IMG/VR virus record: IMGVR_UViG_3300028048_000038 | Coordinates: 192,001-256,000 of that record | Source of the DNA: a virus | Lineage: Duplodnaviria; Caudoviricetes | Strand: one strand, 5' to 3' | Length of the DNA stretch: 64,000 nt | Shown here: in pieces, positions 50,410 through 58,082 of the stretch | How the letters are laid out: each line of letters starts with the position of its first letter | Numbering within the stretch: position 1 is the stretch's first letter | Position numbers and translations under genes: made by a program | The notes under the pieces: generated by a model | The model's input: only the letters and a program-made list of their open reading frames with translations | What the model was told of the DNA's origin: nothing | The model's database searches: none

Positions 50410-51427
50410 ATTTGAACACTTTTTTATGATGTGTTTTTAATTCTCCTCTGCACACTCTATATACATTTTTGGGGTCAAATCCATCATCTAATAATTCTTT
50501 GACTGATGTATACCTTTTTTCAATTTCCCCAGTTTCTCCAATTCTATCCAAAATTCTAAATTTTTTCTTTTGGTACTCCCTTAATGTTTTAGAATTTCCA
50601 TTTGAAAATCTCCATTTTATATCTCCGAAAATACTTCTTATATAATTTCTCATTTCTTTTGCGTTTGTTGGCAATAAATGCTTTTCACACCATTTTACAA
50701 TAGTTTTATCACTAACATTATGTTTACTACCAACGGCTTTAAAAGAGCCTAACACTCTAAAATCATTAATTAATTCTTCTTTTGAAACCATTTTACTAGC
50801 CCTAACAACTTTCGTTTTTTCTTTCTTAACTTTTAACTTTCTACCGCAGTAATTGTCGGTTAAAGCGTGACAATTTGGGCAAAGTAATTGGATATTTTCT
50901 AGCCTATTATCAGTTCTATCTCCATTTATATGATGTAACTGTAATGGAATAATTTCTCCTTCCCACTCAGTTCTACCGCATTTTTCGCATTTATGCTCTT
51001 TTACTCCTTCTTTTATAAGCCTATTTCTTAATTTAGATATTGTAATTGCAGAACCAACCACTAAATAATCAGATAATGATTTTTTTTCTTCTATCCCATT
51101 AGGTTTGTATTTTTCATTATACGTAAAATGAGAAATATCTACATTATTTTCCTCAAGAATTTTTTTTATTTGTTTATAATATTCATTTGTACTTTTTTTA
51201 CCAAGTATTTTCAATATCTGATTTATATTAGAACACTTTTTTGCCAAAGCACAAACAGTATCTATATATTTATCTCTTGATGCCATTTTAGCATCATACT
51301 TATTTAAATCAATCTTACTACAATAACTAGCATTTGATTTTGTAATTAATAATTCTTTGGAAATTTCACCAAAACTTTTGCCTTCGTTTCTTAAATTTTG
51401 TACTTTTTCAATTAAAATTCTGTCCAT
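50396..51427 (-). CDS. HNH homing endonuclease with NUMOD1-like C-terminus
   Basis: CEKCG...LQLHHINGDRTDNRLENIQLLCPNCH. Confidence 0.85.
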   Translation of the reverse strand: MDRILIEKVQNLRNEGKSFGEISKELLITKSNASYCSKIDLNKYDAKMASRDKYIDTVCALAKKCSNINQILKILGKKSTNEYYKQIKKILEENNVDISHFTYNEKYKPNGIEEKKSLSDYLVVGSAITISKLRNRLIKEGVKEHKCEKCGRTEWEGEIIPLQLHHINGDRTDNRLENIQLLCPNCHALTDNYCGRKLKVKKEKTKVVRASKMVSKEELINDFRVLGSFKAVGSKHNVSDKTIVKWCEKHLLPTNAKEMRNYIRSIFGDIKWRFSNGNSKTLREYQKKKFRILDRIGETGEIEKRYTSVKELLDDGFDPKNVYRVCRGELKTHHKKVFKYVKR

Positions 51428-51496
51428 TAGTATAATCGTTTATTATAAATATAATAAACTTTTAAAAAATATCAATATACTAAAGGGAAAAATATG

Positions 51497-51584
51497 TTAG
51501 GGGTGTGAGATTCGAACTCACGATGTGGTATTAGCACATACAGGGACCAAAATCCTGCGCCTTAAACCTCTCGGCCAACCCCCA
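51497..51584 (-). tRNA. tRNA-Gln(TTG) with an atypical long variable arm
   Basis: TGGGGGT/ACCCCTA acceptor; anticodon loop TTTTGGT; 19-nt variable region; T arm GTGAG-TTCGAAT-CTCAC; no encoded CCA. Confidence 0.85.
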
Positions 51585-51610
51585 ATAAAGGTATAAATAA
51601 TTTTTGTAGC

Positions 51611-51671
51611 TCTGATGCTCTAGCCAGTTGCGCTACTCACCAATGTTGTGCTACCATTACACCATACCCCA
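51611..51671 (-). pseudogene. Two fused tRNA 5'-half remnants
   Basis: TGGGGTATGGTGTAATGGTAGCACAACA (51644-51671) and TGGTGAGTAGCGCAACTGGCTAGAGCATCAGA (51611-51642). Confidence 0.65.
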
Positions 51672-51687
51672 ATGATATTATGATAGT

Positions 51688-51954
51688 TCATACTTCATTA
51701 TTTTCAAATGGTAATGGTGGTATTTCCATCCAATACTTGACCCAAACTTTTTCCCAACGTTTATTTTTCCAATGATTGTTTCCATAGTAATAGACAATAT
51801 CCATTTCTAAATCTTCATCTGTATATGGTTCATCATCGTCACAAATATCATTTGGGTCTTCACTCCAAAATGCAGCCAAATATCCAATTTCTCCCAAATC
51901 GTCATAATTTTTGACAATTGGTAATTCATTTTTTTCAGTATTATTCCAATTCAT
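51688..51954 (-). CDS. DUF551-like small protein
   Basis: MNW....ELP ... VKYWMEIPPLP. Confidence 0.65.
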   Translation of the reverse strand: MNWNNTEKNELPIVKNYDDLGEIGYLAAFWSEDPNDICDDDEPYTDEDLEMDIVYYYGNNHWKNKRWEKVWVKYWMEIPPLPFENNEV

Positions 51955-51974
51955 AACATCTAAGTATTTTGTTG

Positions 51975-52053
51975 TACCCTCGGTGGGACTCGAACCCACA
52001 CTCCGAAGAACTGACCCCTTAAATCAGCGTGTCTACCGTTCCACCACGAGGGC
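51975..52053 (-). tRNA. tRNA-Leu(AAG)
   Basis: GCCCTCG/CGAGGGT acceptor; CTGAT-TTAAGGG-GTCAG anticodon arm; V-arm with TTCG loop; A73. Confidence 0.9.
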
Positions 52054-52059
52054 ATATCA

Positions 52060-52260
52060 TTATTGTTTAAATATTTCCACAAATTTCTTTCCCAAGTCTG
52101 TTAACTCAAAAGAGCCATTGCTTTCCTTAATAACGTCAAGCCCTATTAATCTTTCAACGTTATTCTCACCAATGATTTCAGATAGTTTATTAATGTCACC
52201 ACTACCATCAACAATCATTGGTTCATGCATAATGGTCTTAAAAGCAACATTTTTATCCAT
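52060..52260 (-). CDS. Small hypothetical protein between tRNAs
   Basis: 66-aa ORF. Confidence 0.6.
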   Translation of the reverse strand: MDKNVAFKTIMHEPMIVDGSGDINKLSEIIGENNVERLIGLDVIKESNGSFELTDLGKKFVEIFKQ

Positions 52261-52261
52261 G

Positions 52262-52342
52262 TAGCTAGAGAGGGACTTGAACCCTCATTCCGAAGAACTA
52301 CATTTTGAGTGTAGCGTGTATACCAAATTCCACCATCTAGCC
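52262..52342 (-). tRNA. tRNA-Leu(CAA)
   Basis: GGCTAGA/TCTAGCT acceptor; CTACA-CTCAAAA-TGTAG anticodon arm; A73. Confidence 0.92.
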
Positions 52343-52349
52343 ATTTAAA

Positions 52350-52448
52350 AGGTACAGACGTTTTTATCTCGAATAAACTACACGTGGCATTGCCCTTCGT
52401 TGACAATCACAGTCGATGGTTGGGGGTTCACGCTCGTCTTCTGTACCT
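52350..52448 (-). ncRNA. Candidate ~99-nt structured RNA heading the tRNA operon
   Basis: Ends pair perfectly (AGGTACAGA/TCTGTACCT); GC-richer than the flanks; lies between the promoter and tRNA-Leu. Confidence 0.5.
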
Positions 52449-52500
52449 ATTCTTTCGCATAAAAAATTGCATTATGAATCGAGGATATCAACTCATAATG

Positions 52501-52532
52501 CAAAGATATGAAAAATTTTTGAAATAACCAAA
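52501..52532 (-). promoter_or_regulatory. Bacteroidetes-type promoter for the tRNA/ncRNA cluster
   Basis: TTTG-N20-TATCTTTG. Confidence 0.75.
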
Positions 52533-52546
52533 TTTATTAAGAAGAT

Positions 52547-52675
52547 TTAACGAATAATTCTCTTTTCAATTCTTCTTCCACCAACGCTTCCGTTGTTTAA
52601 TGGATTACTTGGTTTTTGTACCGCTGGCTTACTTTGAGCAGCAGCATTTTGTTTATTCTTACATCCACATGCCAT
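52547..52675 (-). CDS. Small MACGC protein (42 aa)
   Basis: MACGCKNKQ...RRIEKRIIR. Confidence 0.55.
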   Translation of the reverse strand: MACGCKNKQNAAAQSKPAVQKPSNPLNNGSVGGRRIEKRIIR

Positions 52676-52703
52676 AGCTTTTATATATTTTTTAATAACG
52701 TTA

Positions 52704-53162
52704 TTAATACTCAGAAAAATAATCTTGTTCACTTGGAATATCAAAATCGGTATAATCGACATTAATAACACTTTCCAATGCTCTCTTTACAATTCCATTA
52801 TCGTGAATTTGGATGCAGCCTTCACCATCACGGTTGCAGAACTCAATGCTTCCAACCTCCACTGTCGGTTTGTCAATTATTTGGTCATCGTCATTTGGCA
52901 CATCGTAAGAATTACTTCTCATACCTTGTTGCATATATGGGTCACATTCCACATTATATGTTATATATGCGTAATCGCCACCTTGCAAATAGAATTCACC
53001 TTCATTTTCTCCAGCTGTAACATCTAGTTGTCCTTGGCTTGCAATGGATTGGGCGATATTTTGCAAGAGCAAGTTGTTATCTTGTTCATGCAGTATTCTC
53101 AGCACACTGCGTTGGACAAGATTGTGCAAATCTGACTCAGTTAATCTAATTATTTTCCTCAT
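52704..53162 (-). CDS. Acidic protein with KIIRLTE leader (putative internal virion protein)
   Basis: MRKIIRLTESDLHNLVQRSV. Confidence 0.7.
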   Translation of the reverse strand: MRKIIRLTESDLHNLVQRSVLRILHEQDNNLLLQNIAQSIASQGQLDVTAGENEGEFYLQGGDYAYITYNVECDPYMQQGMRSNSYDVPNDDDQIIDKPTVEVGSIEFCNRDGEGCIQIHDNGIVKRALESVINVDYTDFDIPSEQDYFSEY

Positions 53163-53239
53163 TATATTTTTTTTTATATATTTCTATTATAAATATAATG
53201 AGTTAACAAAAACTATTAAACAAATAACGTTAAAATTAC

Positions 53240-53665
53240 TTATAAGCCAAGATAATCCAAAATTGGATAACAATTCTTTCTTATTTCCTCCTTTTCATCT
53301 GCGGTATATTTGGATTTATTGCTGATTAGATAGTCAACCTCTTCCCTACCGTTTCTCTCAGCCACACACTTCGTTAAGTGTGAGCATTCCCAATCAATTA
53401 CAGCACCAAGCCAATCAATCTTATTCATACCATGACTTCTGCCATAAAACACATGATGGCTATTATGGTACTTATGCCATTTTCTTACACGGAGATAATC
53501 ACCCCATATTAACTTAAGCCAAGGCTTTTCAATGTCATGCAATAGCCACTTTGGTTTCCATACACCTAGCTTCCACGCTGTATAGTTAAAAGCTAGCCAA
53601 TGATAAAACCAATAGCTGAATGTACTCTTCTGTTTTACTGTGAATTTCTTAAAATTTATCTTCAT
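53240..53665 (-). CDS. HD-like metal-dependent hydrolase (DUF5662-like)
   Basis: H...LHDIEK...HKYHNSHH...IDW. Confidence 0.55.
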   Translation of the reverse strand: MKINFKKFTVKQKSTFSYWFYHWLAFNYTAWKLGVWKPKWLLHDIEKPWLKLIWGDYLRVRKWHKYHNSHHVFYGRSHGMNKIDWLGAVIDWECSHLTKCVAERNGREEVDYLISNKSKYTADEKEEIRKNCYPILDYLGL

Positions 53666-53671
53666 ACTTAG

Positions 53672-53703
53672 CAAATATATAAAAAAATCCGATATTTTCC
53701 AAA
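53672..53703 (-). promoter_or_regulatory. Bacteroidetes-type promoter
   Basis: TTTG-N20-TATATTTG. Confidence 0.7.
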
Positions 53704-53704
53704 C

Positions 53705-54388
53705 TTATTTCTCTTTTTTAGTAGATATTAACACTTTATCAGCTATGCACAAATCCTCCACTGCTTCTGCACCTATATACCATTTGTCTCTATCGCATAA
53801 TTCTTCTATCTCTTCGTATGTCTTTCCACAATTGTCTGAAAGAATCTTATACAAGTCATCTTGGCATCTTAATGTTTGTTCCATTTCAATCTTAATATCG
53901 GCAGTATGTCCTTGAAAACCACTTGAAACAGAATGTATCATTACCCTACTATGTGGCAATACAAACCTTTTACCCTTTGTACCACAGCTTAATAATACAG
54001 CACCCATAGAAGCTGCCATCCCAAGACAAGTTGTTGAAATATCTGACTCAATGAAGTTCATGGTATCAATCAATGATAGCCCAGCTAAGACATCACCACC
54101 TGGACTTGATATATAAAGACTTATATCCCTATTATCAACTGAGTTTAAGTAAAGCATTTGTGCTATCATGGTATCCATTGATAAACTATCTACTTGCCCG
54201 CTTAGAAACAGTATTCTGTCTTGTATCAATCTAGAAAATACATTCATTTCTGAAACTCTCATTGCTGAATCACGTTCCTCAATAATGGTTGGATATACCA
54301 TGTCCTTAATCTTATCGTCAATTACTGAAGGTGACATACCCACCTTATCAATCGCAAAATGTCTAAAATCCTTTGTAATAATATCCAT
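53705..54388 (-). CDS. clpP: ATP-dependent Clp protease proteolytic subunit
   Basis: SRLIQDRILFL, YISSPGG, GMAASMG (Ser), MIH (His), DRD (Asp). Confidence 0.92.
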   Translation of the reverse strand: MDIITKDFRHFAIDKVGMSPSVIDDKIKDMVYPTIIEERDSAMRVSEMNVFSRLIQDRILFLSGQVDSLSMDTMIAQMLYLNSVDNRDISLYISSPGGDVLAGLSLIDTMNFIESDISTTCLGMAASMGAVLLSCGTKGKRFVLPHSRVMIHSVSSGFQGHTADIKIEMEQTLRCQDDLYKILSDNCGKTYEEIEELCDRDKWYIGAEAVEDLCIADKVLISTKKEK

Positions 54389-54389
54389 G

Positions 54390-54755
54390 TTAATTTAAAA
54401 ATTTGTTATGTTCTTCTTTATAATTTTCTGCAATGAATTTTCCTAGTTTTTTCCTATATGCAAGTATGTAATCTTTATTTTGCACTTTTAAACTGTTTAT
54501 ATTTACAACTTCAAAAGGTTCTTTATTCTCTATAAAATCAAATTTCAAACCATTTATTAGATATTTTTTGGTTCTATTCATTCTAATTTTACGAGTCAAA
54601 GGCAATTCTTTATATGGCAAATTTATAGAATCAATATTATCAACGATAATATCTACATCATGATATGATTTACTATAACCTTGTAAATAAAGCCCATAAG
54701 AGCCTCCAATAGCTCTATAATCAACATTATTTAATACATTTAAAAGTATTTTCAT
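54390..54755 (-). CDS. Minimal nucleotidyltransferase-fold protein
   Basis: IGGS...HDVDII...FDF. Confidence 0.65.
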   Translation of the reverse strand: MKILLNVLNNVDYRAIGGSYGLYLQGYSKSYHDVDIIVDNIDSINLPYKELPLTRKIRMNRTKKYLINGLKFDFIENKEPFEVVNINSLKVQNKDYILAYRKKLGKFIAENYKEEHNKFLN

Positions 54756-54758
54756 ATA

Positions 54759-54965
54759 TTAATTTAAATTTAAATCATCAAATCTAACATACTCTCCAGT
54801 ACGTATATACCAATTTTCCAAGACAAATTGGATTCTTTGCCTAGTCACTTCATTATTAACCTCGCCCTCAAACTGACTTAATACCTCATCTAATGTTTGC
54901 GGTTCATACATTGGCATGTAATTGCCAAATACAATCTGATTCCTCGGTAACTCTAAACTTGCCAT
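54759..54965 (-). CDS. Hypothetical protein
   Basis: 68-aa coupled ORF. Confidence 0.6.
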   Translation of the reverse strand: MASLELPRNQIVFGNYMPMYEPQTLDEVLSQFEGEVNNEVTRQRIQFVLENWYIRTGEYVRFDDLNLN

Positions 54966-55859
54966 TTATTTTCCTCTTTCCTTTGGATAATCGTATATTT
55001 TATTCAACTCTAAGAATCTCTTCCTAAGAGCCTTTGTTTCTCGTTTATCTCTTCCAAGTACAAATGCATATTTGTGTTTCGATGGAAAAGATATTTTTTC
55101 AGCCTTCGCATACATTTCCTTGGAATAATTTCTAAGTTTCTGCTCTATTTCATCTGGTACATTTTCCCATAACATACATTGGTCTGTGTTCCAATTCTTT
55201 TGCCATTCAATTCCCAAGTCCTTTGCATATCTTTTATAGAAACTCCTTGCTCTAAATGCTCTATCTGTGACAATCTTCTCTTGGTTGTATGGATTAATGC
55301 ACCTTACAGTAGTACCGCTACCTTGTCCTAGATAGAAGAAATTAAGCCCTTGATAGATACTTCCAACCTCTTTTGCTTGTGGGTCACTATAACAAGTGAA
55401 CAAACGGTATCTAGTATTTTCGACCATCCATTTCATTGCCCACATAAGAAACTTACTACCAAGATTGAATGGGCACCAGCTTGCGCTTGCACCTCTCGCA
55501 ATTAGTCTTTCTAGATTCTTCGTTTCTTCACCCAATAGTTTACTAAATGCATTTGGCATGCCCATTATGATAACACCGCCTAATATACCCTTATATCTTG
55601 CCGTAAACCAATGTGTTGGAAAAGAGCCAATTGTTCCTAACCATTCGTAACGTTTGATGAATTCGGTTGCTTCTTTTTTTTCATTTGTTGAATCAATATA
55701 AGAAAACACAAAATCATCTAATGAAATATTATTAATATCTTCTTGAGACCATCCGTATTTCTCCATGTCCTCTTGTAATGTATCCAATCTCTTCTGATAT
55801 TGGTAACACCAAGGTTTATCATAATTCTTTATTTTCTCAAGTAACTTAATATCACTCAT
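54966..55859 (-). CDS. Mom-like (GNAT) DNA modification enzyme
   Basis: FIKRYEWLG...GVII.G.P...LIARG...YSDP....GSIYQGLNFFYLG...KHKY. Confidence 0.65.
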   Translation of the reverse strand: MSDIKLLEKIKNYDKPWCYQYQKRLDTLQEDMEKYGWSQEDINNISLDDFVFSYIDSTNEKKEATEFIKRYEWLGTIGSFPTHWFTARYKGILGGVIIMGMPNAFSKLLGEETKNLERLIARGASASWCPFNLGSKFLMWAMKWMVENTRYRLFTCYSDPQAKEVGSIYQGLNFFYLGQGSGTTVRCINPYNQEKIVTDRAFRARSFYKRYAKDLGIEWQKNWNTDQCMLWENVPDEIEQKLRNYSKEMYAKAEKISFPSKHKYAFVLGRDKRETKALRKRFLELNKIYDYPKERGK

Positions 55860-56163
55860 CCTTCTTCCTATCTATACCAATTGTACAATAAAATATATCA
55901 TCTAAGCAATCGTTATCTAACTTAATTACCCATACATTGAAACCATTATTCTCTAATTCTTCAAATATTCTTGATAAATCAGTAAAATAATTTTTCCATT
56001 CTCCATGCCCATTCAAGCCTCCGCATAATGTAATTGTCTTAATGCTATCTTTATCAACCTCACTCTCCAAAACAGCGATTTTGCTTTTATCGCTTCCTAC
56101 AGAGTTAATTATTGGTTTAATCTCTCCAACAATCTCACTAAGAATTTTCTCGTTATCTTCCAT
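55852..56163 (-). CDS. Hypothetical protein
   Basis: 103-aa ORF. Confidence 0.65.
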   Translation of the reverse strand: MEDNEKILSEIVGEIKPIINSVGSDKSKIAVLESEVDKDSIKTITLCGGLNGHGEWKNYFTDLSRIFEELENNGFNVWVIKLDNDCLDDIFYCTIGIDRKKDE

Positions 56164-56208
56164 AATAATAATAAACGTTAAAAGGGGATTGCACTAATCC
56201 CCTTGTTA

Positions 56209-56913
56209 TTAATCATTGGTAATCTTCTTACCAATCTCAGCCTCATAATCTGATGTGTTCTTAGTGGCTGCTTCATCAAGGGTTGCACAGAACAAAGCAC
56301 TAGTTGCTGCCAATGATGCATCAGTCTTAGCCATTGTTCTATATGCCGTAGTTGCACAGTTAATGACATCATAATTATTAGTCATATGCTTTCTTGATGA
56401 ATAAGTCTTGAACTTAAAGCCAAGGTCATCTGCAACTTTGGTAGAAGTTATATCTACACCTTGGTAGATAAACTCCCAAGAATACTTTTCACTTTGTTCC
56501 TTAATTTTATCTTGAACCTCCTTCAATGTATATTCATTTGAAGCATTCTCCATACCATCAGTCATAACAACGACAAGCGTCTTTCCTGGAAGTTCTTCAC
56601 CATTCTTATCCTTTTTGTAAAGCCATTCTCCAACGTTATCAATGGCAGTACAAATACCATCATTCATGGCTGTCATACCACCTGGTAAATAATTAAACTT
56701 TGCAATATCATTGATGTCAATGCCAAGATATTCTTGATTTACTTTTTCATTGAATGTGAAAAGTGATACAGTCACCTTACCATCCTTATCCTTCTTTTGT
56801 TCCTCGATTATCTTATGGAAGCCACCAACAACATCCTCTTTTGAAGAGTACATGCTTCCACTTTTGTCAATAACAAATACAAGGTTAATCCAATTTTTGT
56901 TAAGATTGCTCAT
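56209..56913 (-). CDS. von Willebrand factor A domain protein
   Basis: MIDAS DKSGSM; GMTAMND; VMTDGMEN. Confidence 0.88.
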   Translation of the reverse strand: MSNLNKNWINLVFVIDKSGSMYSSKEDVVGGFHKIIEEQKKDKDGKVTVSLFTFNEKVNQEYLGIDINDIAKFNYLPGGMTAMNDGICTAIDNVGEWLYKKDKNGEELPGKTLVVVMTDGMENASNEYTLKEVQDKIKEQSEKYSWEFIYQGVDITSTKVADDLGFKFKTYSSRKHMTNNYDVINCATTAYRTMAKTDASLAATSALFCATLDEAATKNTSDYEAEIGKKITND

Positions 56914-56914
56914 T

Positions 56915-57136
56915 TTACTTTAAATTTTTTAAATTGTCATTAGGTTCATATATAATCTGTAATTCTCCATTTGCATCAACTGCTACATTAGCATTATCAA
57001 TTGCAGCAAATGTTCTCTTTCTCATTTCCTCATCTTCCATGAGTTTAGGATATTCCTTAAGCACCATTCTCTTAGCCTTTTCTCTAAGTTTATTGCTCTT
57101 CTTATTCATTATCCTATTATAAGAACTTTTAGTCAT
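56915..57136 (-). CDS. Hypothetical protein
   Basis: 73-aa coupled ORF. Confidence 0.6.
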   Translation of the reverse strand: MTKSSYNRIMNKKSNKLREKAKRMVLKEYPKLMEDEEMRKRTFAAIDNANVAVDANGELQIIYEPNDNLKNLK

Positions 57137-57142
57137 ATCGAT

Positions 57143-57613
57143 TTATTGTTTTTTCTTAGCAGCCCTCTCTTCTGCTTTCTTTAGTTTCTCTTCTTCCTTG
57201 CGTCTGCGCTCTTCATCCTCAATTTCCTCAATTACGATGTAAGATGCCTCCATGATATCAACATAATTTTCATACTTTTTACGCATTCTGAAAAGTTCCT
57301 TTGCAATATCGCCATCAACATTCAACTTATCCTTTTCGGTATCATAAGAAATGTTGCTGATAGCACCTTCCATAAGTTTATCCTTATATTCATCTGTAAG
57401 TCTATCAAAAGCCTCTTCATAAATCACAAGGATTGCGTCTTTCTTTGTTAGATAATGAATGGTTGCGCCAGCCTTAGTTGCTTTTAATACATTCTTAGAT
57501 TTTGTAACTGATATAACCTTTAAATCAATTCCCATTTGTGGAAGACCAGTCTCTTCGAACTTGGCTTGAGCCAACTCTGCAATGTCTTGACTTGTTTCAA
57601 AAAATTTTGCCAT
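57143..57613 (-). CDS. Phage metallopeptidase-like fold protein lacking HExxH
   Basis: Start MAKFFETS; DAILVIYEEAFDRL...KLMEGAIS. Confidence 0.45.
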   Translation of the reverse strand: MAKFFETSQDIAELAQAKFEETGLPQMGIDLKVISVTKSKNVLKATKAGATIHYLTKKDAILVIYEEAFDRLTDEYKDKLMEGAISNISYDTEKDKLNVDGDIAKELFRMRKKYENYVDIMEASYIVIEEIEDEERRRKEEEKLKKAEERAAKKKQ

Positions 57614-57661
57614 AATTCTATTTGTTAAGTTATTTATTTCATTGAAATGTATTTCATGTTG

Positions 57662-57693
57662 CAAAGATATATAAAAAAAGTTAAAATTCCAAA
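57662..57693 (-). promoter_or_regulatory. Bacteroidetes-type promoter
   Basis: TTTG-N20-TATCTTTG. Confidence 0.75.
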
Positions 57694-57740
57694 TATTTAT
57701 TTAATTAAATTTAAAAAATAATTAACTTTTAAAGAAAAAC

Positions 57741-58079
57741 ATGAATACAAAAGAAGTAGTGACAATATTAAACAATTTAACAATAGATGACAAATTAGAT
57801 ATACGTGAGAGAGCTGCCATCGATGAAGCTCTACTATTTTTATCTAGGATAGAACACAGAGGTGAACAACAATATGATTTTCAAGGGCAGCTAGTTAAAC
57901 AATTAACAATGAAGGAATTAAGGAAATTTGTTAGGGATAATGGAACATTGGATGACACTGTAAAGCTATTGGTGCTTGAAGATGACGGCATGGCTTATGG
58001 AGCAAACAATGGTTATTGTTCTGACTTATGTGTTTCAGAAGATGAGAACGGAAAAAAAGAGGTACAAATTTGGTTTTAA
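57741..58079 (+). CDS. Hypothetical protein
   Basis: 112 aa; divergent from the promoter above. Confidence 0.7.
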   Translation: MNTKEVVTILNNLTIDDKLDIRERAAIDEALLFLSRIEHRGEQQYDFQGQLVKQLTMKELRKFVRDNGTLDDTVKLLVLEDDGMAYGANNGYCSDLCVSEDENGKKEVQIWF

Positions 58080-58082
58080 GAT

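Noticed and set aside
52350-52448. SRP RNA, tmRNA or tRNA-Sec identity for the structured RNA
   Set aside because: It lacks the SRP domain IV motif, is too short for tmRNA, and has no cloverleaf or UCA anticodon.
54390-54755. CCA-adding enzyme for the CCA-less tRNAs
   Set aside because: At 121 aa it has only a minimal NTase core and lacks the neck/body domains of CCA-adding enzymes.
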